From contig OX597822.1 in the NCBI GenBank assembly GCA_951406725.2, forward strand, positions 52,018,001 to 52,082,000: a DNA stretch of 64,000 nt, in the 5' to 3' direction. Both the position numbers and the translations under genes were made by a program. The notes beneath the pieces are model-generated. The model saw nothing but the letters and a program-made list of their open reading frames with translations, was not told where the DNA came from and searched no databases. The DNA comes from Octopus vulgaris (Eukaryota). This document shows, piece by piece, positions 12,231-24,769 of the stretch (its first letter is position 1; each line of letters opens with the position of its first letter).

Positions 12231-14064
12231 CTATGAGTGTGTGTAGAGAAGGCGAGAGGGGTAATAATTCCCAAATTTCCATTGTCCAGATCAAGACATA
12301 TGAAGAATTTTCAATAACTATATATCATTTACACATATAAACACACACATACATTATACATACATGTATGTGAATACGCTTATGTATGTATGTAATATAT
12401 AAATACATACTTAGGCAATCTCTTTCCATCTCAGAACTAATTTCATACTGTGACTTTCTCGTTCTTCTTTTTCCCAGTCTTGTGTTTATCGTTTTCAGAA
12501 TCTATCTTTTTTTCTCTCTATGTTTCTGTCAATGTATTTACCCACTTCTGTATTGAAATATTTTTATATCTTTATGTTTATCTACCTATGAATCTGTCTA
12601 AGTATTTGTCTGTTTAGCAGTATTCCTAGTTTTCTTTCTACAAAGACTACCCTACACGTTTGACGTTTCATTGCATCTCCCTAGAGTATCATCAGATATG
12701 AGTGATACGATAAAATCAAGACTGGCAGAAAATCGATAACTGCTAACATAAGTTAGCCGTCAAAGTTTTTAGATTTCAATACTCAAATAATAATGGCTGA
12801 CAATGAATGTTTTATATTTTTTAAGTCAATCAATGCAGACTAGTGTTAAGGTCAGAAGGAATTGTGATACAGGATCGGTATATCATTGTTTCCTTCTTTT
12901 TATTTCTATATTCTTAGCGCCACTTTTACTGTTTGTGAAAAGAATTGTTAAAGAACTTCATTTTTGTTTCTTTACCATTTCTCTTAAACTATGATTCTTT
13001 AGCCACTTGATGAAATACCAACTGACGTTGTCAAAGAATGTTAAAGGAAAAAGAAACTGTACAAATGACTTTCTTGTTTACATCATTCTTCATTTCGTTT
13101 CTTTCGTTTCATAATAATCCTAACAAATTTTGGCAATATAATCCCCAGGCTCATCTGAGTATCTGAAGGTAAAGCATTCCGTCCGCAAAATTTATTTCCT
13201 TCGCTAGACATTGTTAACCATTTTGTATTTTATGAATAATATATTACTCGCAACTCGCTTCAATTTATTATCGTTAATAGTCAGGATTACGGTAGGAATT
13301 TTGTAAATTTCTTTTTACTTGAGTCAGCAAAAATGCAGTACAGAGAATCTCCAGATTCACTAAGAGTTCATAATTTGACACAAAGCTAATCAATCTTCAA
13401 AACTAATTTAGGACGAATTTCACGGTAACAAAGCGCGCGTGTGTGTGTTGTCTCCTGTTTTTAATTATTTCAAATTATCTTATGAGGAAAAAGGTACAAA
13501 GCTCCTTCGTTGGAATGTAGAAACAAAAATCAAATTCACATTTCAAACTTAAGAAATGACGTGCGTATTTTTACTGTTCTACCTACAGATTGTATCTTTA
13601 ATTAGAGGATTGGTTTCATTTTTGAAAACCCTACCTTATCCAGATTGTCATTTAGGTATATACTTACCAATCACCATACATATAATTGGGTATTGTCTAG
13701 ATATAGAACCTGGAGGTTTCAAAACAGTTGTCCGGAGTTATTCAATTTTTCTTTGATTTTGAAGGCGATATTCACATCAGCAGGGCGACTGATCTCTATT
13801 ACGGTACATACTTTTTCTTGTGCCCACCAAAGAACAATATCCGGTTTGTTATGATTACATTTGATAGAAGTTTTGATGGGCCAATCCCACCAGTATTACT
13901 TGTGATGATGATTATGTATGTATTTAATAATACGAGTACTCTTTATATTTATTCTTGGACAGTATTCTTTTCGAATGGCATTGTATATTGTTTAGCCACG
14001 ATGTCGTGCTGCAGTATCTTGAGAACATTCTTGGGCAACTGTTTGTCATATAACTCTTTAAAAA

Positions 14065-14460
14065 ACTATTTTACTTGTTTCAGTCATTTGACTGTGGCCA
14101 TGCTGGAGCACCGCCTTTAGTCGAGCAAACCGACCCCAGGACTTATTCTTTGTAAGCCCAGTACTTATTCTATCTGTCTCTTTTGCCGAAACGATAAGTT
14201 ACGGGGACGTAAACACACCACCATCGGTTGTCAAGCGATTAGGGGGGGGGGCAAACACAGACACACAAACACACACTCACATACATATACATATATACGA
14301 CGGGCTTCTTTCAGTTTCCGTCTACCAAATCCACTCACAAGGCTTTGGTTGGCCCGAGGCTATAGTAGAAGACACTTGCCCAAGGTGCCACGCAGTAGGA
14401 CTGAACCTGAAACCATGTGGTTGGTAAGCAAGCTACTTACCATACAACCACTCCTGTGCC
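14065..14460 (-). mobile_element. SINE family A, full length
   Basis: Reverse complement of the copy at 24344-24759. Confidence 0.95.
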
Positions 14461-14676
14461 TTCCACAGATGTCTTCCACAGAAATATGATATAAACTACA
14501 TTTTCGTTTGCACTTGGGGACTCTTTTGTTTATTAGGTATTTCTTAGCAAACTCCTGTTCTTGGAATGCATACGCATAGTCATCCAAGAGTGATGTGATG
14601 TAGAAGTCACGAGATTGCACATAATGTCGATATTACTCTCTTCTTCAAGTCTTCGGAAAACATACCCATGCATATA

Positions 14677-14866
14677 GGCGCAGGAGTGGCTATGTGGTAA
14701 GTAGCTTGCTTACCAACCACATGGTTCCGGATTCATTCCCCCTGCAGGCACCTTGGGCAAGTGTCTTCTACTATAGCCTCTGGCCGACCAAAGCCTTGTG
14801 AGTGGGTTAGGTAGGCGGAAACTGAAGGAAGCCTGTCGTATATATGTATATATATGTGTGTGTGTG

Positions 14867-14919
<53 letters not shown>

Positions 14920-15123
14920 GTCTGTGTTTGTCCCCCCAACATCGCTTGACAACCGATGCCGGTGTGTTTACATCCCCGTAACTTAGCGGTTCGGCAGAAG
15001 GTACCGATAGAATAAGTACTAGGCTTACAAAGAATAAGTCCTGGGGTCGATTTGCTCGGCTAAAGGCGGTGCTCCAGCATGGCCGCAGTCAAATGACTGA
15101 AACAAGCAAAAGAGTAACAGAGT
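14677..15123 (+). mobile_element. SINE family A, full length
   Basis: GGCGCAGGAGTGGCTATGTGG head, internal (TA)n, AAGAGTA-type tail. Confidence 0.95.
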
Positions 15124-16493
15124 TAAAGTGTATAATTTTTTTTTATTCTGCTGAACATTTTACATCCAGGTCTTCTTTAAGGTATGTTAGTCTGGCTGTT
15201 TGAGGGTCTCATGGGAAGTTATCATGCAGTTAGTGCTTCCTGAAGAGCTCAATGACGACAACGTACGATATTGTTGTCTTCAGTTTTCAACACTAAGTTT
15301 ATGCAGTTAATTTTGCAGTTATTATTTAGCTGGTGCTATACTATATTCGAAGGCTGTCTGCACTGATCTCAAACCACTACCTCCTTCATTTCTTCTTGGG
15401 TAGAAGTTGTAGGTATCCTTGTTTCTGTGATGATTTCCAGTTGATGTGAGGATCTAGCGTGTTTTAATGTCTATATAGAAGACTGCTGTTGCATACCAAT
15501 CAAGTAACCCAAATATTGGAATCAGCACTTTTACTGCAGACTCATTGTGGGATAGTGTCCTGTTGCAAGAGGGGAGTTCCCATTGCCATATTTTTAAGTA
15601 TGACATAATATTCTCGGGTCAGTCTAACTTTATTCACACTTCCTTTGTATGATATGTTTTTATCAATGCCTAGGTATTTGTAGCATTCTTTGCTTGGAAC
15701 AAGGGAGAAAGTGAACCCACTGATACATGTTTTGAGTCTGGAGGGAGCTGATTTATCACGTTCAGCAATCAAATATGAAAATTTCTTTAGGCCAAATTCC
15801 ATTCTCATGTCAGCTGAAAATATTGTTATTAATTCTCTCTATTATTAATTTTTCTCTACTTCATACAGTACAGCTTTGGTTGCCAAAAGTTGTTCAGCCC
15901 AATCCCAGATTCCCTTCTTTCCACCAGCCAGCTCACCACCCTCTATGATTTTAAACTTTAACTTATCCTAGAGGATCGGTTGAGGTAGTTTGTGCACAGT
16001 TTGTGCATAATGTTTAGGCATGCATTGGGCTTATAGTTTTCTTCCATCGCACTGGTTTCATTCTTTGCCTCAGCATTCTTCTGAGGTCAAGCAAACCAGT
16101 GTAGTATGTCAATCTGGCTTTCATAGTCCTTTTCAATATACATCTCTTCCAAATGCCTGTATTTATGTACATATGCATATATATTATATGTAGGATATTT
16201 TTTTTATCAAATTAAATAGTACTTGTACGAGATTTTGCAGTATTGTGAGTATATTGAGTACCCGATGTCCTTTCAATAACCTTGTTGCATTCGACAAATC
16301 GTAGCCTTATCAATTTCGTTTCCCTCACTCGGTTTGTGTGCAAATATAACTATAAACGATTCTTGCTTAGAAAGTTGCAAACTAGTTAACATATTCAATA
16401 TATGTAACGTATTTATTAATTATACCTATCCATCTTTCTATACATCTATCCAACTCTCTCAATTTCTGAATAGATATTTAACAATATCAATGC

Positions 16494-16635
<142 letters not shown>

Positions 16636-17252
16636 AAAGAAAGATTAATAGATATACAGACAGACAGGCAGGCAGACAGATAGATTTCTTGGTTAAGATA
16701 GATAATTTTATATGAAAAATTTACTATCTTAATGCTCCTGAGAAATGCAAGCTGTCTAATTAGTCTTAGTTTTCTCCTTCATACTTTGATTCTTTATCTT
16801 CACATAATAAAGCATATTGACATAGCTGAACAGCTACACATCATAAATATTTAATGTTATTAATGTACTTTTGAAGCCCACCGAAAGATACGGAAACATT
16901 TACTTATTTTGCTTGTTAAAACGTAAGTATTGCTGTGATAAAACTCAGGCTATAAGCAGTATCTTTTATACTTTGCACAGAGACGTAATAATTTAAGAGG
17001 CAAGAGGGAAAGAAGTGCTATTAAATAAAACTGAGGCAAAATGTAATATCAATTTTAGTAGGATATCTGATTTTGTTAGTAGACTTTATCCGGCAGCTTG
17101 CTTGACACTCGCATATGTTGATGTAGAGATGATGTCTTATATGTATCTGAATCAGGGCTTTGGTTTGGACATCACACATGTTTTTTGGAGCACTCTACAG
17201 CACTTTCCCTTGCGGTGTAGTAGTGCGGTGCGCTTACGTATGTGTGTTTCAG

Positions 17253-17366
17253 ACGTTATCTAGTATCTGGAGAGCGGGAATATACTTACAACGTGTACTC
17301 AATGCCTGTGGTTTCAGTTCATGGACCATTATCAATTAATAGTTCACTTTACTTTTTGGATATTGA
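17253..17366 (+). CDS. Candidate internal exon (114 nt, phase 2-2), possible Cys-loop receptor N-terminal segment
   Basis: Acceptor TGTGTTTCAG|17253, open frame RYLVSGEREYTYNVYSMPVVSVHGPLSINSSLYFLDI, donor GA|GTAAGC at 17367; the only open frame of the three is the one compatible with the exon ending at 10609. Confidence 0.5.
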
Positions 17367-19494
17367 GTAAGCACGAAACGCGTTAAACTTTAGATAATAA
17401 CTTTTTTCATAAATTAATTAGAAATATTCTTTCTTCATCATATTTACAATATGATAGAAAACAGACCGGTGTTGCCGTGATGTGATTGTTCCTTTTTTTG
17501 CTTCCTTCACGAAGCAAATAGCATAGAGTGGGAAGAACTAGATCAAAGGCTAAAACTCGACTAACACCTCACTTATCAATCCTAAATGGATAAGGGACAA
17601 AGTTGTCCCCTGCGGGAAGGGACCAACAAACGCAGCGAGTTATTTCTATCCGATTAACTAAACAACTCCATCAATTTACTATTCATATTTCAGTTCATAA
17701 AAGTAAAATAATTTCAAGTAAGGATTGAAACCAAATGAGAATTTTATCACGTCAGGAATTTAATTTTTGCTCACAACAACCCATTTTTAATTAATTCACA
17801 CAACGAAGCTAATATACGATTTTACTTAAAGTATCTAAAACAGCGTTCATTTATGATAAAGACTTTTTGTTCAATTTTTGCACTAAAATCAGTTTCAAAG
17901 CAATTATCTGTTTTTTCTTTCTTAATATAAAAAACAGCAAACAACGAGGTTATTGATGCGTTAACAGAGATTGGCTTGATGAGTTTCGAAGAAATTATTG
18001 CATGTGATATAAGGAAAGTGGAATTTGTGATATCACTATTTTATGATATTAAATTTCTCTTTTTGCTTTTCATAGATGGAAAAAAATTATGGGTGAATTA
18101 GGTGACTACATTTTCAATAAAATCCCGTGTTTTGCTCGGGTTTTAATCGTTTACAGTAAATGAAGTGATTTTAAAAGTTTCGAAGAAATCATATATTTTA
18201 TAGACTATTGAGTATCATAACATGTGGATATTAAAACTAGAACTTTGTACTGTATAACTTGAGCTTTATGTTAGTTTACTTATTATATAAAGTCATATTT
18301 AAAGGCCAAACATTACAGCGTACGATCTCTATAAAAACTATCGTTCGAGGGCTGTTTAAAAACACCGCTCTTTATTTATCTAAACTTTTTTTTTTTAGAT
18401 ACCAACGAGAAATTTTGACAGACCACCGGTAGGTAAGAAACACCTTTAGCTTATATGGCGGTTTCTACATGTGGATAAAATTAAATCGGCTCATATATAA
18501 AGGCTGAATTCCCATTATTCGGATTCGAGACGCTGTACATCTCAGATTCTTCATATGAATAATCAATTTCTATAAAACACTTCAACATGAACCATATTTC
18601 AGATAAGGGAATAACATATTCTACAGTAATGCCATGCACTTAGTACTCTATCATCGAGGAACAATTTAAAAGTGTATGATTAAAATAATGGGATTTTGTA
18701 AACCTTACACTTTCTACTGACGAGTTCCACAATATATACAGAGTGACAAAATCTAATGGTTACAAGTACATTCTTAGTTTTACTGTCAACCAACTTTTTG
18801 CCCCAAAGCGGCAGAATACTGGTGGGTGGTAAGCACATCGTCCACTTTTCCTTAGTTTTATAATCCAGCACTTTCTTTTAAATATAAACTAACATGTATA
18901 AGGTTTTATGTGAAAGTATCCTTTGAGGTGTAAATATCGTTCATGTTGTTTAGCCTTCGCTTCAGCCGAGACTGAGCGAACTTATAATGGGTAACGCTCA
19001 GTCATTGATATACCCATCGTTTATCTTGGTATAGTACCTTGATTTACATTATCCAAAATTATTATTGCCTTTGAGAAAGGAAATGTGATTGGCAGTTGAT
19101 TTGGTTGTTTTTTCTCGAGTGTCGGGCAACTGAGTAAATATCCTTTTGCTGGCTTTTATTCTCATATTGGCTCATTAGTTCGGATTACAAAAATATGCCA
19201 ACGCATTATTGAAAAGAGGATTGCTAATTACGAACTCTTTTATATTTGAAAATTCCTTGGTTGAACTAGATATAAAAGCAACAAAATGATGACTGTATTT
19301 AAAATACACAACACACACATGTGTATACGCACGCACATGCACGCACACATACACTTACACGTTACTGGAATTATGCATGCACACACTCAGAAGCACATAT
19401 ATGGTTACATTCACTTATACACATACTTAGAAATATTGTGTATGTAAATGTGCGTGTATGATTACACAGACAAAAAAATACAGACAGACAAAAA

Positions 19495-19495
<1 letters not shown>

Positions 19496-19553
<58 letters not shown>
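19496..19553 (+). repeat. (TG)n microsatellite
   Basis: Direct reading. Confidence 0.95.
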
Positions 19554-19555
<2 letters not shown>

Positions 19556-20324
19556 TATGTACGTTTTCTTGTGATGATTGTGTTGGATCTGATTTAATAT
19601 GTTAGGGAATTATCTAGGATTATCGTAAAAGATTTTGCCATTTAAACGGAAGAATTAAATCATTTCGGAAGCGGTAAATTAATTTTGGTTTCCTTGAGCT
19701 TTCTTCTAATAATTGAAACAAGACAATTCTGATATGACACCTGAAATTAATTAAAAGTTTTACGGTGATAAATGCAATGCCATTGATTACAACGAAACCA
19801 CAATAACAACTACAACTTTTAAAACACATTGTAACAAACAGCATCAGAAGAAACAGAGTCAACAATGTCTCAGGAAGAGAGACCTACATAAATATGAGTA
19901 TTAACAAAGATGATAAGATAGACACTTGTAAAGCGTGACCGACACTCAAAACAACTAGATAACCTATGCTTATAAGAAAAACAGCAAAAGCAACTATGGC
20001 AGCAATTACAATAACAGCAAGAATAACGCAACAATAATAAAAACAGCATGCAATGACATGAGTAAAACGATAAGTAAATCTATGATAGGCGGTGCACCAG
20101 CTTGCGCGTAATCGAAAGAGTGAAGCCAGTAAAAGAAATACAATGGTGAATGAAAGATTGAAATCTATTAAGAACGGCAACAACACTAACAAGAATATAA
20201 TGCATCGATAATAACAGAAACGAAACCATTAAATGCAGATACAACGCTAGAAACGAAAGAAAAAATTTCCGATGAACAGAAGGAGAGCAACGATACTTTC
20301 TGACAATTTCAAGTAGAAATATTA

Positions 20325-20645
20325 CCCATTATCATAATCATCATCATCATTATCATCATTATCATCATCGACAATACAGAGACACGCTCATCGCCATCAT
20401 CATCTCCACCACCATCATCATCAGCACCACCACCATCAGCAGCACCACCACCACCATCATCATCATCAGCAGCAGCAGCAGCAGCATTTTCATCATCTTC
20501 ATCATAGTCACCACACACACGTCACCATAACTATCGCTACCGTATCCATCACCATCATTACCAGCATTATTATCATTATCATCTTCATAATCTTCACCAT
20601 ACTCCCCGCATCATTATCGTTATCATCATCATCATCAACGTCATC
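20325..20645 (+). repeat. Degenerate (CAT)/(CAC)/(CAG) trinucleotide tract
   Basis: Direct reading. Confidence 0.9.
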
Positions 20646-20734
20646 CACAAAACCATTAATGCAGCATGTATTTGCCAAAAATTGACGTGTTTTTATATGG
20701 TCAGCGAGTGACCATATAGGTACGAAAGTCTATC

Positions 20735-21384
20735 AAGTCCCGGGAAAACAGACGAAACGGGTCTTGTTTTATCAGGACAATGTTCAGGCACTCAAGTGCT
20801 TCTTTTCAATGGTTGCTGTGCGTGACTGTGGCTTTGAACTAGATGCTCACCCTCCCTATTCCCCTGATATGTCCCCACCTGACTATCATCTGTTCTTCAG
20901 CAGGAAAACACGTATTTCTTTATTGCCCACAAGGGGCTAAACACAGAGGGGACAATCAAGGACAGACAAAGGGATTAAGTCGATTACATCGACCCCAGTG
21001 CGTAACTGGTACTTAATTTATCAACTCCGAAAGGATGAAAGGCAAAGTCAACTCGGCGGAATTTGAACTCAGAACGTAACGGCAGGCGAAATACCGCAAA
21101 GCATTTCGCCCGGCGTACTAATGTTTCTGCCAGCTCGCCACCGTCAAAAAACGCATGAAAAGCACTTGGCTGGAAACCAGTATGGCAATGATGAAGATGT
21201 CATATCTACTGTTGACGTTTTGTTTGACCAACAGGATTACAGCTTCTTCACAAATAGGATCCAAGCACTACAACATCAATGGAAGAAGTGTGTGAACCGC
21301 AAAAGAGGTCCATCTTGAATAATAAACCTCATTTAGTATTTCCCATGAATGCTCAGGATTTTAATATTTAAGCTGAACTCCGTA
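20735..21384 (+). mobile_element. Mariner transposase 3' remnant, interrupted by a family B SINE
   Basis: QDN motif near 20775, HPPYSPDMSPPDYHLF (about 20848-20896), resumes KHLAGNQYGNDEDVI...IQALQHQWKKCV. Confidence 0.88.
20912..21143 (-). mobile_element. SINE family B, full-length monomer
   Basis: Reverse complement of 63646-63878. Confidence 0.92.
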
Positions 21385-21409
21385 TATATACATGCGTGTC
21401 TATATAAAC

Positions 21410-21725
21410 CTTTTATCTTTTATCTCCTACTTGCTTCAGTCATTAGACTGCGGCCATACTCGGACACTGCGTTGAACAATGTTTTTAGTCGAGTGAATTC
21501 ACGCCAGTACTTTTTTTAAACCTGGTACTTATTCCATCGGTCTTTCTAGCTGAACTGCTAAGACACTGGGACGTAAATACATCAAGACTGATTGTCAAGT
21601 GGTGGGAGGACAAATTCAGACAGAAAGACACACACATAGATATGTATATGCGACGAGCTTCTTTCAGTTTCTACCAAATCAATTCACAAGGCATTAGTCG
21701 GCCTGAGGCTATAGTAGAACACACT
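21410..21725 (-). mobile_element. SINE family A, old 5'-truncated copy
   Basis: CAGTCATTAGACTGCGGCCAT tail, GAGGCTATAGTAGAAC body. Confidence 0.8.
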
Positions 21726-21738
21726 TACACATACAAGC

Positions 21739-21848
<110 letters not shown>

Positions 21849-22145
21849 TGTATGTATGTATGTATGTATGTATGTGTGTGTGTATGTATGTATGTATGTA
21901 TGTATTTATTTATTTATGTGTGCATGTGTGTGTTTTGTGGTCTCATTGCCTTGACATCACACAGCAGATGTAAGCAAGTGCGACTTTCGTGCAAGAAGTA
22001 TTCTTTGCTTTCAATGTTTCACGTGATGATGTTCGGGCATGGTGAAATATTACCTTAATTGTAAAGATGAGAAGCGCATGCGACTGTACGAAGTATACCT
22101 GATCTATGTGAGGATGCAAAAGTAGCTGTTTCATATGTGTATAAA

Positions 22146-23033
22146 CAGGATGCAGGGAATAACTACGTCTTAATTACGCAAAAATGAAAATAACACTGAT
22201 ATCCCATTTTAACAGATATATTTACCAAAATTACATAAAAATTTACCTTGAAATATATTACAGAGTAAATTTATTCAATAAAATTGCCATTGGCTTCAAC
22301 CACGACCTCCGGACGACTTTGGAATCTCCTGCAACTCTTCTGAATGGTCTCCTTGTTTGAGTTGGTGAGTGCTGCCATAATCCTTGCCTTCAGTTCAACG
22401 TTGGTGTTACAAGGAGTTATGTCGGTCTTCCATCAATTGCGACCCACGCATAACAATCAAGGGGGTTGCAGTCTAGGCAGTTAAGTGACTAGATGTTAGG
22501 GATGATGTGGTCGTAGAAATTGTCTGACAGCCATGAGTGGGTTCTCCTGTTTGTGTGACATGGTGCGGAGTCCTGTTGCCAGACATAGAGTCTTCCAGCA
22601 GCGACCCTCTTAACCCAAAGCAGCACTACCTCCTCCAGGCATGTTGACGTCCGTGCTGAGTCTGAGACCGTGTGGAAATATGAATGAAGGCATAACGTCA
22701 CCATCACAAATGATCACTCCAACTCCAAACAGTATGAAGTTGGCTGGATGCTTGACATTCATCACTCTCAGTATATGTTCTCCGATTGCACTGTCCTCAG
22801 ATTGATACCCAAACACTCTAAAATGTTCATATTGGATCTTCTGGTGCAAATACTAAGCAGTACAGCAAGTCGTTTCCAAATTTCTGGCCGAGTGAATTGC
22901 ATCATGGTGGTGTTTTTCTCACAGACGGTTCCCAACTGACCCTACTATACTGTGTAATCGACAAAATCAAAAACAATGTGCATGCGCGAAATAAAAAATA
23001 TAAAATGACGACACTTCACCCATCGCACCTTGT
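22146..23033 (-). mobile_element. Tc1/mariner DD37D (maT)-like transposon remnant
   Basis: DGDVMPSFIFPHGLRL, YVWQQDSAPCH, DCNPLD, VVEANGNFIE; weak terminal inverted motif CA(G/A)G(A/G)TGC at both ends. Confidence 0.8.
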
Positions 23034-23034
23034 G

Positions 23035-23095
<61 letters not shown>

Positions 23096-23211
23096 TTAGA
23101 GACAAAACCACTATTAGGCAAATCAAACAATGAAAGACTTAAGCCAATACATATGATTAATTTATATTATTTAAATATGTAACAAAATTATTAAAAAATA
23201 TAATTAATATC

Positions 23212-23274
23212 CCACTACGATCGTTTCCTGCCTGCTGTCTTCAAATTTTTGAGTCGCAGTCATTCATCAGGTGG
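23212..23274 (-). ncRNA. Minimal type I hammerhead ribozyme motif (PLE pseudo-LTR type)
   Basis: CCAC-CTGATGA-[stem II ..CTGC/GCAG..]-GAAAC-GATC-GTA-GTGG; stem I CCAC/GTGG, palindromic stem III. Confidence 0.75.
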
Positions 23275-24343
23275 TTTAAATATCTAAAATATAATCAATA
23301 TTTTTAAGATATAAATAATATATATAATCTAAAATAATAATTTACTCGTAATAAACTCTATTGTTAAATATGATTATATTGAAATCGACTATAATGTTAA
23401 ATATTAACTTTAATTTATAAGGTAGAAAACCCATATTCTAATATCAATATTAGTCTATATCTAATTACATAAATATTTAAAATGACTAATATATATAAAT
23501 TATCAATGAAAATATATATAAATATTATAATCAAGATCTAAAATAATATCTATAAATAATTGTATATAATGAAAACCTAATAAATTTAATTTTTCATATT
23601 TAAAGATGAAATAGCTAATTTCAAAATACAAATAAACTAACTTAAACTGACTTTCAAAATCTTATGTAAAATACTTATAGAAATATTCAATTCTTAGTAA
23701 TATAGTATTAAATAAATACTATAAGTACTATAAACATAATTATAAATGGGAATAATTATCTAATATAAATTATGCTATTAAATTAGACATGGCCTAGACC
23801 ATCTTTAGTCGAAACATATCTAATTTTATCAAAGTTTATCTAATTTATTTAATATCTAATAACATAGAAAATTACGATAATTAGATCATTACATAAACAA
23901 CAATATTTACATAAGGAGAATATTATTACTCCAAAGGCTTATACAATATTAAAAATTAACAATTTGAAGATCTTAAATAGATACATACTTTTCTTGGTGA
24001 GGTTTAAACAATGAACTAGAATTTTGAATCAAAAAACGTCTTATACAGCGTTTAAAAGAATACTCATGGAATTACGTTATTAGCAAAAAAAATATAATAA
24101 ATTTGCGTAACCATGGTCCGTTTTGTTTTCTCTCCTTATTATCATCTTATAATCGTCTCATAATAATGACTTTTATGACTCGTATTACTACCTCAGTCAA
24201 TCTAAATGTATATATTTGTCGTTACCTGTCATAAATAGCTTTTTTTTATTTGCAATGTGCATTTTCGGTAATTTTTCATATTTTACCCTTACATTTCCAC
24301 GTGTATTTTATATTTTCTTTTTATAACATATTTCTACTATATA

Positions 24344-24759
24344 GGCGCAGGAGTGGCTGTGTGGTAAGTAGCTTGTCTACCAACCACATGGTTTCGGGTT
24401 CAGTCCCACTGCGTGGCACCTTGGGCAAGTGTCTTCTACTATAGCCTCAGACCGACCAAAGCCTTGTGAGTGGATTTGGTAGACGGAAACTGAAAGAAGC
24501 CCGTCGTATATATGTATATATATATATATGCGTGTGTGTGGTTGTGTGTCTGTGTTTGTCCCCTAGCATTGCTTGACAACCGATGGTGGTGTGTTTATGT
24601 CCCCGTTACTTAGCGGTTCGGCAAAAGAGACCGATAGAATAAGTACTGGGCTTACAAAAGAATAAGTCCTGGGGTCGACTTGCTCGATTAAAGGCGGTGC
24701 TCCAGCATGGCCGCAGTCAAATGACTGAAACAAGTAAAAGAGTAAAGAGTAAAAAGAGT
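24344..24759 (+). mobile_element. SINE family A, full length
   Basis: A-box TGGCTGTGTGG, B-box GGTTCAGTCC, CORE-like CCTTGGGCAAGT, internal TA/TG tract, AAGAGTA tail repeats. Confidence 0.95.
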
Positions 24760-24769
24760 ATATATATAT

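Larger units (their letters stand above)
13550..16150 (-). mobile_element. Decayed R4/Dong-type (RLE) LINE interrupted by two family A SINEs
   Basis: MEFGLKK..YKYLGI (15808-15542), YAFQEQE (14620-14460), RHDIVAK..YWWDWPIKTSIKCNHNKPDIVLW..IEIS.PAD (14040-13740). Confidence 0.8.

Noticed and set aside
18076-18155. Strong acceptor followed by WKKIMGELGDYIF
   Set aside because: No good donor and no recognisable homology
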